A DNA stretch of 64,000 nucleotides from Chiloscyllium plagiosum (lineage: Eukaryota). This document shows, one piece after another, positions 1-12,917 of this stretch (position 1 is its first letter; each line of letters begins with the position of its first letter). The notes beneath the pieces were generated by a model. The model worked only from the letters and a program-made list of their open reading frames with translations, made no database searches and had not been told where the DNA came from. The DNA is taken from positions 11,734,941 to 11,798,940 of the forward strand of contig NC_057720.1 of the NCBI RefSeq assembly GCF_004010195.1, in the 5' to 3' direction. Made by a program: the position numbers and the translations under genes.

Positions 1-415
1 GCTTCCTTCTTTTTCTTCACCAAACCCTCAATTTCTTTAGTCATCCAACATTCCCTATACCTACCAGCCTTTCCTTTCACCCTGAAAGGAATAACTTTTC
101 TCTGGATTCTTGTTATCTCATTGATTCTTGTTATCTCATTTCCAGCCGTCCCTTTACCTGCAAACATCTGCCTCCAATCAGCTTTTGAAAGTTCTTGCCT
201 AATACCGTCAAAATTGGCCTTTCTCCAATTTAGAACTTCAACTTTTAGATCTGGTCTATCCTTTTCCATCACTATTTTAAAACAAATGGAATGATGGTCG
301 CTGGCCCCAAAGTGCTCCTCCACTGACACCTCAGTCACCTGCCCTGCCTTATTTCCCAAGAGTAGGTCAAGTTTGCATCTTCTCTAGTAGGTACATCCAC
401 ATACTGAATCAGAAA
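1..415 (-). mobile_element. CR1-clade LINE ORF2 fragment (endonuclease region)
   Basis: Reverse complement reads like CR1 EN sequence (QYVDVPTRE..LDLLLGN..GQVTEVSVEEHFGASDHHSI). Confidence 0.75.
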
Positions 416-642
416 ATGAGGGTATTGGAAAATTTTTTAGATGGAAATGGTGTGCAAGGATATGGGGAAAAGGCAGGATATTGGCAGTAGATAACAGAAC
501 CGTTATAGGCACAATGGCCTCAATGATCTCCTTCTATGTAGCAACAATTCTGTGGTTCTCTGTGATTTCAGTGTAACTTGTAACTAGTTGCTACACACAA
601 TAAATGATATCTTGTTTAATACAAGAACCTCTTCTCAATAGG

Positions 643-987
643 TTAGAATCCCTGAAGTATAGAAATAGGTCATTCGGCCCTCTCAGTCCACAACAATGCT
701 CCAAACAGTATCCCACCGACACCCCCTGCCCCCAGTAAACCTGTATTTCCTATGGATAATCCACTAGCCAGCACATTCCTTGACACTACGGGGCAATTCA
801 GCATGGCCAATCCACCTAACCCACACATCACTGGACTGTGAGAGGAAACGAGGAACCAAGAGGAAACTCACACAGACATGGGGAGAACGTGCAACCTCCA
901 CACAGACAGTCACCCGAGGCTGGGATCGAACCCAGGCCTCTGGTGCTGTGAGACAGCAGCACTAACCATTGAGCCACCGTGCTACCC
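643..987 (-). mobile_element. HE1-like V-SINE
   Basis: tRNA-like head (A/B boxes on - strand), central V-domain, CR1-derived tail. Confidence 0.85.
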
Positions 988-1562
988 TTAAGAAGGAGCT
1001 TTCCCTCAACCACATTAGACCAAGCTGGCTTTGTCATTTCCCACAGTTAGAAAGGATAACAGCAGCAACTCTCATCAAGAGCAGTGGTGCACATGGTGTA
1101 GTCAGCTGGCAAGGGGGAAATACAACATGGTGAGCTGCTGCGTGCGTTTGATTTGACTGCCTATACAACACATTGTGAGCAGTAGTATGAGATCTTCGGT
1201 CTCACCCTTAAGTTGCCTCAATATACAGCACCATCTTTCTCTACTCACCCAGTCCATACTCCTCATAATCTTAAACACCTCAATCATGACCCCCTCTCAG
1301 CCTTCTCTGCTTTAGAGAAAACAATCCAAACCTATCTACTCTCTCTTCTCAATTTCTCCATCCCAGACAACATCCTGGTTAACCCTCCTCTGTACCCCGT
1401 CTAGTCCTATCACCATCACAGAAAAGCTGAAGATTGAAGAGACCCCTATAGAAGAGACCCTCATGGCAATCCTCAAACAAGGAACAAACTCCAGTGAATA
1501 CTAAAACCACTCTGGACCTGATAAGCGAAATACTGCAACATCAGAGTTGGCATCTCTCCAGA

Positions 1563-1752
1563 CATCAAAATCACACAACACCAAGTCGTAGTCCAACAGG
1601 TTTAACTGGAAGCACTACCTTTCGGAGCACCGCACCTTCATCAGGTGGTTAGCACTCCGAAAGCTAGTACTTCCAAATAAACATGTTGGAACATAACCTG
1701 ATGTTGTGTGATTTTTAACTTTGTCCACCCCAGTCCAACACCAGCATCTCCA
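1563..1752. mobile_element. Fold-back Penelope-like mini-element, family B (aaaatcacacaacacc...ggtgttgtgtgattttt)
   Basis: Inverted arms; hammerhead-like core on - strand at ~1617-1646. Same family at 16481 and 63768. Confidence 0.7.
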
Positions 1753-2299
1753 AGTCATGTCTTCCCAGCGAAGGAGGATCAGTAACTCCAAAGTGGATAG
1801 AGACTTCAGTGCAAGTTGGTGGTCTGTAGCAGTAACATCGAGTTGGAGTTCAGCACTGAGTAACTACTGAGACCTCATGAGTAAAGCCTAACATTTCTGA
1901 TAGGCCAGGAGAAACATTAAAGCAGCTCAATATTACAGACAGGTAAAGCAATCAGTTAAAAATTCATTTGCAGCTCAGTTTGAGTATTGCAGTTCAATGC
2001 AGACACCACAAGACATGGCTCGAAAAAATGACAGAAAAAAACCACCAAAGAAATGTCAATCTGAGATTGCACACCCAGAGACAGTGCAGAGACAGTAATT
2101 CATTGGGCAGATTAAAAGTCTAAATCAACCTGATCTTGCCAGGACAGAACACTAGAGGGACATTTTATCAGGCTGTAAAAAGGCAGAAACTCTTTTATAA
2201 GGGTTATGATTACAGCAGGAATCATTTATTTAACACACGAGAAGTGGGATTAATTCAGTAAAACAAAAATAGAAGTTGCTGGAAAATCTCAGCGTGTCT

Positions 2300-3090
2300 T
2301 TTTTATTACCTCATGTACCGAGATACAGTAGACGTATTGCTTTGTGTGCTAACCAGAGAAATCATACCTTACATAAGTACATTAGAGTGATAAAACAGAA
2401 TGCAGAATATAGTGTTACAGCTGCAGAGAATCTGCAGAGAAAGATCAACTTTCATATATGAGAGGTCCATTCATAAGTCTGAAACCGTAGGGAAGAAGCT
2501 GGTCTTGAATCTGTTGGTTCATGTTTCAAAGTTTTATATTCTCTGCCCAATGGAAGACAGTACAACTGGAGTGGGAGGGGCCTTTGACTGTGTTGGCTGC
2601 TTTCCCGAGGCAGGAGTCAACGGATGGAAGGCTGGTTTGCGTGCGTGGACTGGGCTGCATCCACAAATCTCTGTAACTTCTTGTGGTTTTGGGCAGGGAA
2701 ATTGCCATACCGAGCTGTGATACAGCTATGCTTTCTAAGGTGCATCTATAAAAATTATTAAGAGTCTTTGGGGACGTGCTGAATTTCCTTAGCCTCCTGA
2801 GGAAGGAGAGGCATTGGTGTGTTTTCTTGCCTGCAGTGTCGACAGGACAGACTGTTGGTGATATTTACTCCTAGGAACCTGAAGCCCTCAACCGCCTCCA
2901 CCTCAGCACCATCAATACAGACAGGGGCGCGTCCTCCCCTCTGCTTCCTGAAGTCGATGACCAGCTCCTTTGTTTTGCTGGCATTGAGGGAGAGATTGTT
3001 GTTACCCGATGCCACTAAGCTCTCTATTTCCTTCCTGTACTTCATCTCATCATTGTTTGAGGTCTGACCCATGACGGTGGTATCATCAGC
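2300..3090 (-). mobile_element. Rex1/Babar-like (L2/CR1 group) LINE 3' fragment
   Basis: ORF 2758-3072 (NNLSLNASKTKELVIDFRK...EGFRFLGVNIT) is an RT C-terminal region. Related 3' ends at ~23190-23490 (+) and ~62470-62820 (-). Confidence 0.7.
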
Positions 3091-3907
3091 ACATTTGTGA
3101 GTGGATTAACTGATTAAAAATCTGACTATCTGGTAGATGTTTACAAAATTATGAGAGGCATAACCTCAATGATAGAATGGATCGGCAGAGTCTTTTTCTC
3201 AGGGGAAAAATGTCAATTACTGGGGAACATAGGTTTGAGGTAAAAGGGGTTAGTTTAAAGGAGATGTGAGAGGGTGCTGAGTGCTTGGAATGTGCAGCCA
3301 ATGGAGCCGATACAATATCAATGTCTAAGAGGCATCTTGGCAGATAGATGAGTAGGCAGGGTGTAGAGGGATAGGAGAGTGCAGAGGCAAAAGATTTTTA
3401 AATTAGAAAGGCATCATCTGTTAGCACAGTCTTTGTGGGCTGAAGGACCTGTGCCTGTGCCAACTTATCTGTTGCAAGGCCACATTTTGTTAATGCCAGA
3501 TTCAAACCTCAATGAGAAAGGTGGATACTTGTCATTAGGAAGATCCCAGGGGTCCCAGCAAATGCCTCCCAGTGCCCACATCTCCCCCCACCCCCAGCTC
3601 TCTTTGACTAGTTTCCAGGCACAAGGCACTGCCATATTGACCCTGACTCTGGTCAAAGTGGCTGGGGTGTGAATGTCTGACCCAATAAAGTTTTCCAAAT
3701 CCTGCTCCTTGGTCCTAACTCCTAAACCTCCCTCAGCAGGACTGAGGAAAGCCAATCCCTGACACAGTCAAAACAAAAATTCACTCAGTGTGAAAATCAG
3801 ATCCAAGGTCATTCACCGGAGTGTAATCAGACAGCTATTGAAATCAGGCCCCACAGGTAGTGGTGACAGCTGGGTCAAGGTGTTCATAACATCTCAAAGA
3901 GCAGCGT

Positions 3908-4226
3908 GGGGTGGCATGGTGGCTCAGTGGTTAGCACTGCTGCCTCGCAGCACCAGGGACCTGGGTTTGATCCCAACCTCGGGTGACTGTCTGTGTGGAG
4001 TTTCCTCTGGATTCTCTGGTTTCCTCCCAAAATCCAAAGATGTGCAGGTTAGGAGGATTGGCCATGCTAAATTGTCCGTAGAGTTCAAGGAGGTGTAGGC
4101 TAGGTGCATTGGTCAGGGGTACATGTAGAATAATAGGGTACAGGAATGAGTCTGGCTTGTTTACTCTTCGGAGGGTCAGAGTGGACTTGTTGGTCTGAAG
4201 GGCCTGTTTCTACACTGTAGGGATCC
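3908..4226 (+). mobile_element. HE1-like V-SINE
   Basis: GGTGGCTCAGTGGTTAGCAC A box, B box, V-domain, tail GGGCCTGTTTCTACACTGTAGGGAT. Confidence 0.85.
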
Positions 4227-4779
4227 TAAGAAGATAAAGAGATGAAGATATATATGAGGGAAATTGGAACGCACTGACTCAGAGTGTGGTGGAAGCAGGT
4301 GCAGTGGAATGCAAGTTTGAAAGGGAGACAGACTCTGATCCAAAAAGGAAGAATGTGCAAGGTTACAGGGAGAACAGCATGGCCTTACTTCCACTCCTAT
4401 GTCTTATGGTCTTATAGCACTCAGTGAATCGTTCATTTGAAGAGTGCGGGCAGACATGATGGGAGGAACAGCCACTTTCTGCACTATAAATATTCCATGG
4501 ATTCAAAAGGGGGTTGAATGATTAGGGAGACGGTATTAAAGCTAAGTGAATCTAGTCAGAGAAACACAATGAAAAGCTGATGAATACAAATCTATGTTTT
4601 TGATGCTGATTGAGGTTTCTTTCTCATCTGCAAAACTCCGAAACTGCTCCAGCAATTACAGTGTCAAAGAAACAGCTTTGAAATCTTCTAATAACACTTG
4701 AGCCGACAGTTCCACCACCCACCAATAACTCCTCTCATGTATTCTGCAGCCAAGCTGACGCACATACAATGTGCCCATG

Positions 4780-5175
4780 AAAGAAAGATTTGCGTTTGTG
4801 TGTCAGCATTCACGATTAAAGGGTTTTACCAACTACTAAGCACTTGAGAAATGCAGTCAGAGCTAAACATCTGCCCAAGTTCTACAGACAAGCATGTGAT
4901 AACAAGCAGATCACTTGTTTGTTGTGAGATAAATATTGGCCAGGACACCGGTGATAATTCTAGTGTTCTTTTCGGAAAGAGTGCTATTGGAATCTTTCCC
5001 TCTCACCCTCAACAGAGCAGGTAGGATTACTGAGCCACCCAAAAAGTGGCACCTTCGACAGTGCAGCACTCCCTCAGAAGTTGAGTGCTAGCCTAGAATA
5101 TTTCCGTAAGTTCCTGCAGTGGATTTCAAACCCAGATCTTCTGAATCAGAGGTGAGAGTGCTACCACCGAGCCAT
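4780..5175 (-). mobile_element. Ancient DeuSINE-like (SacSINE1/AmnSINE1-type) element
   Basis: Motifs gagataaatattggccaggacacc and gacagtgcagcactccctcag match my recollection of the Deu domain; not aligned. Confidence 0.5.
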
Positions 5176-5271
5176 CACTTACATTAACCAAGTGAACTTA
5201 CCACTGAAAACAACATAATGTGGCTACCGAGCAAGACCTCAACTAAGTGTTGCAGACTGGCACATTGCAAG

Positions 5272-5464
5272 GGTCAAGAGTGCGGTGCTGGAAAAACACA
5301 GCAGGTCAGGCAGCAACCAAGGAGCAGGAGAATCGACATTTCGGGCATAAGCCCTTCATCAGATTCCTGATTCTCCTGCTCCTTGGATGCTGCCTGACCT
5401 GCTGAGCTTTTCCAGCTCCATTCTCTTGACTCTGATCTACAGCATCTGCAATCCTCACCTTCTC
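5272..5464. mobile_element. Fold-back PLE mini-element, family A
   Basis: Inverted arms gctggaaaa..caggtcaggcagc / gctgcctgacctgctg..ttttccagc; TSD ctggcacattgc at 5257-5268 and 5465-5476. Confidence 0.75.
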
Positions 5465-5826
5465 CTGGCACATTGCCAGGTCCAAGACTACGTGCTGAGG
5501 GACGCACTACAGCCTGGGGCAGCTACCACCATCTCAGGTCTTTTTGTCAAAGCACAACAAGGTTCAGTTATCAGATGCTCTTGTTGCCTCTAAATGAACA
5601 TAAATAGTTTCTTGCAGAAGTGGGAAATGCCTTTGTGTTTGCAACTGTAGAGAAACTCTGACAAATATCAAAATTCCAAACAAAAACAGAAGTTGCTGGA
5701 AAAGCTCAGGAGGTCTGGCAGCATCTGTGGAGAAAAAGCAGAGTGAATTCTATGGGTCCAGTGACCCTTCTTCAGAGGGGGAGGTGGTGGTCTAGTGGCA
5801 TCACGACTTGACTATTGCTCCAGAAA

Positions 5827-6469
5827 GAGTGGTGCTGGAAAAGCACAGCAGGTCAGGCAGCTTCCGACTCCCCCTCCCATTCTGCCGAGGACATGCAGGT
5901 CCTGGGCCTCCTCCACCGCCGCTCCCTCTCCACCCGATGCCTGGAGGACAGTGTGAACCTTTTCCCGCGTATGGAGTCGGGTATTACAAGGGGGCATAGC
6001 TTTAAATTAAGGGGGGGTAGATATAGGACTGAAGTTAGGGGTAGGTTCTTCACTCAGCGAGTCGTAAGTTCATGGAATGCCCTGCCAGCAGCAGTGGTGG
6101 ACTCTCCCTCTTTATGGACATTTAAGCGGGCATTGGATAGGTATATGGAGGATAGTGGGTTAGTATAGGTTAGGTGGGCTTGGATCGGCGCAACATCGAG
6201 GGCCAAACGGCCTGTACTGCGCTGTATTCTTCTAAGTTCTATGTTCTATGTTCTGTCCCGGTGCTCATTCCCCATGTTCTGCTCTGGGTCTACTTCCTCA
6301 TGTTTTATCTCTCCACTCTGCAGGCTCTCTGCCTCTATTCCTGGTGAAGGGCTTTTGCCCGAAACGTCAATTTTCCTGCTCCTCGGATGGTGCCTGACCT
6401 GCTGTGCTTTTCCAGCACCACTCCGATCTAAACTCTGGTTTCCAGCATCTGCAGTCCTTGGTTTTATCT
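5827..6469 (+). mobile_element. 5'-truncated Neptune-like PLE (GIY-YIG C-terminal remnant SPSHSAEDMQVLGLLH..RCLE) with nested CR1 3' end (~5950-6255), inserted in a SINE
   Basis: TSD tattgctccagaaa at 5813-5826 and 6470-6483; short inverted 5' arm; 3' pLTR with mutated hammerhead core ~6341-6369. Confidence 0.7.
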
Positions 6470-6979
6470 TATTGCTCCAGAAACCCCAGTGACATTCAGG
6501 GGACCTACCATAGTGGATTTTCAATTCAATATAAATCTGGATTTAGAAGCCTAATTATGACCATGAAATGATTGTTGGTTAAAGGTTAGAGGGAGAATCA
6601 GTTGTTCATTTGAAGAGTGTTCACTGGTGTCCTTTAGGGAAATAAACTGCCTCCCTTATCTCTTTTGGCTAACAAGTGACTCCAGACCCACAGCAATGGG
6701 ACTTTTGACGAAGGATCACCAGATGTTAACCCTGATTTCTCTTCACAGACACTGCCAGACCTGCTGAGCTTTTCCAGCAATTTCTGTTTTTTGTTCCGAC
6801 AGCAATGTGAATGACTCCGAACTGCTGTCTGGGGTAGACAGATAAACACTGGCCTGAACAGTGACACCTACTTTCCCTGAATGATTATATTTAAAAAAGG
6901 ATTCCTTTGTTCAAAATTCCAATGTTTTGTTTTCGATATTCTTTACAGCAAAGACTGGACAGAACTAAGAATTCAAAGA

Positions 6980-7287
6980 ATCACTGCAGTGTGGAAACAG
7001 GCCCTTCGGCCCAGCAGATCCACACTAACCCTCGGAAGAGTAACCCACCCAAACCCATTCCCTGAACCTATTACTTTACAATTACCCCTGACTAGTGCAC
7101 CTAACCAACACATCCTGAATACTATGGGCAATTTAGCATTCATCTAACCTGCACATCTTTGGATTGTGAGAGGAAACCGGAGCACCCGGAGGCAGACACC
7201 GGGAGAATGTGCAAACGCCACACAGACATGCCTGAGGCTGGAATCGAACCCAGGTCCCTGGTGCTGAGCACTGGGCCACCGGGCCAC
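6980..7287 (-). mobile_element. HE1-like V-SINE
   Basis: Same architecture as other copies. Confidence 0.8.
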
Positions 7288-8046
7288 CTTCAGAGCCTTT
7301 GTAAGTACTTATAGCTATTTTTATGAATAAGATATATTTTTGAAATAAAAATACTTGAACTGAAAGCAGAAAAATGGAACGAATATTCAGCAGTTATGGC
7401 AGCATCTGTGGAGAGAGAGATGGCAGCAGCTATGTTACAGGACAATAGCCTTTCACCAGAACTGAGAAGAAATGAGAGAAATATTAGGTTGAAACAAGTG
7501 AAAGCAGGGAGGGGAAGGAAGAAGAACCAGACGTCTCTGATCGTGTTTTTGGGATCCTTAAGGGGGAGGGGGAGCAGCCCCAAGTCGTGGTCCACATCGG
7601 CACCAATGACATAGGGAGGAAGAGAGATGGAGATTTAAGACAGAAATTCAGGGAGCTAGGATGGAAGCTTAGAGCTAGGACGAACAGAGTTGTTGTCTCT
7701 GGTTTGTTGCCCGTGCCACGTGCTAGTGAGGCGAGGAATAGGGAGAGAGAGGAGTTGAACACGTGGCTACAGGGATGGTGCAGGAGGGAGGGTTTTGGAT
7801 TCTTGGATAATTGGGGCACTTTCTGGGGTAGGTGGGGCCTCTACAAGCAGGATGGTCTTCATCTGAACCAGAGGGGTACCAATATCCTGGGGGGAGATTC
7901 GCTAAGGGGTGGGATTAAACTAATGCAGCAGGGGGATGGGAACCAAAATTGTAGTTCGAGTATAGAAAAGGTTGAGAGTAGGGAGGTCCGAAATCAAGCT
8001 TCAGGGATTCAAGATGGCACTGGCAAGCAAGAAGTTGGTTTGAAGT

Positions 8047-8353
8047 GATTAGATTACTTTACAGTGTGGAAACAGGCCCTTCGGCCCAACAAGTCCACAC
8101 CGCCCCGCCGAAGCGCAAACCACCCATACCCCTACATTTACCCCTTACCTAATACTACGGACAATTTAGCATGGCCAATTCGCCTGACCTGCACATTTTT
8201 GGACTGTGGGAGGAAACCAGAGCACCCGGAGGAAACCCACGCAAACATGGGGAGAATGTGCAAACTCCACACAGTCAGTCGCCTGAGGGGGGAATCGAAC
8301 CCGGCTCTCTGGCGCTGTGAGGCAGCAGTGCTAACCACTGTGCCACCGTGCCG
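8047..8353 (-). mobile_element. HE1-like V-SINE nested in CR1
   Basis: Complete head, V-domain and tail; young-looking copy. Confidence 0.85.
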
Positions 8354-9548
8354 CTCCCTGAATTTCTGTCTTAAATCCCCATCTCTCTTCCTCCCTATGT
8401 CATTGGTGCCGATGTGGACCACGACTTGGGGCTGCTCCCTCTTCCCCTTCAGGATCCCAAAAACATGATCAGAGACGTCTGGTTCTTCTTTCTTCCCCTA
8501 CTTGTTTTCACTTGTTTCAAGTTGAAGTGTGTCTACTTCAACGCCAGGAGCATCCGGAAAAAGGTGGGTGATCTTACAGCATGGGTTGGTACCTGGGACT
8601 TCGATGTTGTAGCCATTTTGGAGACATGGATAGAGCAGGGACAGGAATGGTTGTTGTAGGTTCCAGGATTTAGATGTTTCAGTAAGAACAGAGAAGATGG
8701 CAAAAGAGGGGGAGGTGTGGCATTGTTGGTCAAGGACTGTATTACAGTTGCAGAAAGGATGTTTGGGGACTTGTCAACTGAGGTAGTATGGGCTGAGGTT
8801 AGAAACAGGAAAGGAGAGGTCATCCTGTTGGGAGTTTTCTACGGGCCTCCGAATAGTTCCAGAGATGTAGAGGAAAGGATAGACAGCTGTAATGCTATCC
8901 CTTATCAAAAATGCCACTCCCCCTCCTCTCTTGCCTCCCTTTCTATCCTTCCTGTAGCATTTGTATCCTGGAACATTAAGCTGCCAGTCCGCCTATCCCT
9001 GAGCCATGTTTCTGTAATTGCTATGATATCCAAGTCCCATGTTCCTAACCATGCCCTGAGTTCATCTGCCTTTCCTGTTAGGCCCCTTGCATTGAAATAA
9101 ATGCAGGTTAATTTATTAGTCCTACCTTGTCCCTGCCTGCCCTGACTGTTTGACTCACTTCTGTTCTCAGCTGGACCCGTCTCAGATCGATCTCTTTCCT
9201 CACTATCTCCCTGGGTCCCACCCCCCCACCTTAGTAATTTAAATCCTCCCAAGCAGTTCTAGCAAATTTCCCTGCCAGTATATTAGTCCCCTTCCAATTT
9301 AGGTGCAATCCGTCCTCTTGTATAGGCCACTTCTACCTCACTTATGTTACGATGAGATGTGAAGGCTCGGTTAGGGCGCTCGAGGGTTACAAGGTAGCCA
9401 GGAAAGACCTAAAGAGAGAGCTTAGAAGAGCCAGGATGAGATATGAGAAGTTGTTGGCAGATAGGATCAGGGTAAACCCTAAGGCTTTCTATAGGTATTT
9501 AAGGAATAAAAGAATGATGAGAGTAAGATTATGGCCAATCAAGGATAG

Positions 9549-9756
9549 AAGAAAGTGAGGACTGCAGATGCTGGAGATCAGAGCTGAAAATGTGTTGCTG
9601 GAAAAGCGCAACAGGTCAGGCAGCATCCAAGGAGCAGGAGAATTAACGTTTCGGGCATGAGCCCTTCTTCAGCCCTTCATTCCTGAAGAAGGGCTCATGC
9701 CCGAAACGTCGATTCTCCTGCTCCTTGGATGCTGCCTGACCTGCTGCGCTTTTCCA
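9549..9756. mobile_element. Fold-back PLE mini-element, family A, with two hammerhead cores
   Basis: TSD ccaatcaaggatag at 9535-9548 and 9757-9770; cores at ~9645-9672 (-) and 9683-9710 (+). Confidence 0.8.
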
Positions 9757-12164
9757 CCAATCAAGGATAGTAGTGGGAAGTTGTGTGTGGAGTCAGAGGA
9801 GATAGGGGAAGCACTAAATGAATATTTGTCGACAGTATTCACTCTAGAAAACGACAATGTTGTCGAGGAGAATACTGAGATACAGGCTACTAGACCAGGT
9901 GGGATTGAGGTTCACAAGGAAGAGGTATTAGAAATCCTGCAGAGTGTGAAAATAGACACGTCCCCTGGGCCGGATGGGATTTATCCTAGGATCGTCTGGG
10001 AAGCCCCAGGGAGGAGATTGCTGAGCCTTTGGCATTGATCTTTAAATCGTCATTGTCTACAGGAATAGTGCCAGAGACTGGAGGATAGCAAATGTGGTTC
10101 CCCTGTTCAAGAAGGGGAGTAGAGACAACCTGGTAATTATAGACCAGTGAGCCTTACTTCAGTTGTTGGTAAAGTGTTGGAAAAGGTTATAAGAGACAGG
10201 GTTTATAATCATCTAGAAAAGAATAATTTGATTAGGGTTAGTCAGCATGGTTTTGTGAAGTGTAGGTCATGCCTCACAAACCTTATTGAGTTCTTTGAGA
10301 AGGTGACCAAACAGGTAGATGAGAGTAAACCAGTTGATGTGGTGTATATGGATTTCAGCAAGGCATTCGATAAGGTTCCCCACAGTAGGCTATTGTACAA
10401 AATGCAGAGGAATGGGATTGTGGGAGATATAGCAGTTTGGATCAGTAATTGGCTTACTGAAAGAAGACAGAGGGTGATGGTTGATGGGAAATGTTCATCC
10501 TGGAGTCCTGTTACTGGTGATGTACTGCAAGGGTCAGTGTTGGGTCCACTTCTGTTCGTCATTTTTATAAACCATCTGGATGAGGGCGTAGAAGGGTGGG
10601 TTAGTAAATGTGCAGACGACACTAAGGTCGGTGGAGTTGTGGGTAGTGATGAAGGATGTTGTAGGTTACAGAGAGACATAGATAAGCTGTAGAGCTGGGC
10701 TGAGAGGTAGCAAATGGAGTTTAATGCGGACAAGTGTGAGGTGATTCACTTTGGTTGGAGTGACTGGAATGCAAAGTACTGGGCTAATGGTAAGATTCTT
10801 GGTAGTGTAGATGAGCAGAGAAATCTCGGTTCCATGTACACAGATCCTTGAAAGTTGCCACCCAGATTGACAGGGTTGTTAAGAAGGCATACAGTGTTTT
10901 AGCTTTTATTAATAGAGGGATCGAATTCCGGAACCATGAGATTATGCTGCAGCTGTACAAAACTCTGGTGTGGCCGCACTTGGAGTATTGTGTACAGTTC
11001 TGGTCACCGCATTATAAGAAGGATGTGGAAACTTTGGAAAGGGTGCAGAGGAGATTTACTAGGATGTTGCCTGATATGGAGGGAAGGTCTTACGAGGAAA
11101 GGCTGAGGGACTTGAGGCTGTTTTCGTTAGAGAGAAGAAGGTTGAGAGGTGATTTAATAGAGACATATAAGATAATCAGAGGGTTAGATAGGGTGGACAG
11201 GGAGACCCTTTTTCCAAGTATGGTGACAGCGAGCACGAGGGGGCATAGCTTTAAATTGAGGGGTGATAGATATAGGACAGATGTCAGAGGTAGTTTCTTT
11301 ACTCAGAGAGTAGTAAGGGTATGGAATGCTTTGCCTGCAATGGTAGTAGATTTGCCAAGTTTAAGTGCATTTAAGTCGTCATTGGACAAGCATATGGACG
11401 TACATGGAATAGTGTAGGTTAGATGGGCTTCAGATTGGTATGACAGGGCGGCGCAACATCGAGGGCCGAAGGGCCTGTACTGCGCTGTAATGTTCTATGT
11501 CAAAGGGCGAAATCAGTGATAGAGTAGATGGCAGGAGAGAATAAATAATAAAAGGTTTAATGGTGCAAAGTTCAAAGGGAACATACATATGAAGTAAGGA
11601 ATTGGAAGATGGAGTAGGTAACCCGATTCCTTAGTCCTGCTTGACCCTTCAATAAGGTCGGGGGACAGTGATGGTGATCAGCAGAGTCACTGTAAAGAAT
11701 TTACCCGTACAGTGGGAGAAAGCTATAACAATTTTCAGTGTCTCAATGCAGGCAATGCTATCATCAAAGGGACAAGGCAGAGACATTTCGCAGTAAACTG
11801 GGCAAGTCCTTTAATGTTCAAAACTGAAACTCCATTAAAAAAAACATTGAATGTGTTACAGAATCAGTTATATCCCAAAGGGACAGATGTTCTACTTATT
11901 AACTAAAGCCAAAGACAGCAAAAGAACGTAGGGTAACATACAGGGACAAGAAGAAGAGCATAAAAATTGCAAAGAGAAAAGCACAGATCCTGGGGAATGA
12001 GGAAAATACAAAGGACAGCAGAGGTGACAAAGCAGATATTTAAAAGGAAATATGGAAACAAAGCCAGCAACTGTTTCCAAAATCAACTGGAAAAAATGTT
12101 GACAATGATATCAGGGTAAACAAAAGCTTGTCAGAACAATATCTTGAAAACTGATAACTGATAA

Positions 12165-12612
12165 TGGAGAGTTCCAGGTGTAAAGGGAGGCTAGATAGGC
12201 TAGGACCTTTTTCACTGGGGCATAGGAGGTTGAGGGGTGACCTTATAGAGGTTTATAAAATCAAGAGAGGCATGGATAAGGTGAATGGCAGGCGTCTTTT
12301 CCTCAGGGTGGGGGATTTCAAGACCAGAGGTCAAACTTTTAAGGTGAGAGGAGGAAAGTTTTAAAAACACATGAAGGGGCAACGTTTTTACACAGAGGGT
12401 GGTTCGAGTGTAGAATGAACTTCCAGAGGAAGTGATGGATGCAGTTACAGTTACACTGTTTAAAAGACATTTCGATAAGTACATGAATGAGAATGGTTTG
12501 GAGGGATATAGGCTAAGCGCAGGCAAGTAGCACTAGTTTAGTTTGAGATTATGATCAGTGTGGGCTGGTCGGACTGAAGGGTCTGTCTCCATGCTGTATG
12601 ACTCTATGACTC
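12165..12612 (+). mobile_element. CR1 LINE 3' fragment
   Basis: [12 protein letters not shown]...TRG motif and (ctatgact) tail. Confidence 0.85.
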
Positions 12613-12739
12613 TAAGATAAAGGAAGCCATCACTGCAGTAATGAGGGAGGATACACTGGAATGGTCTTCAAATCAGGCCACCTGGGTAGAGGTTAGAAAT
12701 AAAAATAGGAGGGATGACCTTGCTAGGATTTTACGAGAG

Positions 12740-12917
12740 CAAAAATGAAGACTGCAAATGCTGGAAACCAGAGTTTAGATTAGAGCGGTGCTGGAAAAGT
12801 ACAGCAGGTCAGGCAGCATCTGAGGAGCAGGAAAATCGACGTTTCAGGCAAAAGCCCTTCATCAGGATGCTGCCAGATCTGCTGTGCATTTCCAGCATCA
12901 CTCTAATCTAAACTCTG
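12740..12917. mobile_element. Fold-back PLE mini-element, family A
   Basis: TSD ggattttacgagag at 12726-12739 and 12918-12931; inverted arms. Confidence 0.75.

Larger units (their letters stand above)
7530..11500 (+). mobile_element. Long decayed CR1 LINE: ORF1 SGNH-esterase region, ORF2 EN and RT, 3' tail; interrupted by SINE, inverted segments and PLE
   Basis: ORF1 VVHIGTNDI and QDGLHLN motifs; ORF2 start CVYFNARSI; RT motifs DFSKAFDKVPH, QGSVLGP, ADDTK; tail tgttctatgt; multiple stops and frameshifts. Confidence 0.9.

Noticed and set aside
3908..3985. tRNA genes at SINE heads
   Set aside because: A/B boxes continue into V-domain and LINE tail; these are SINEs, not tRNA genes.
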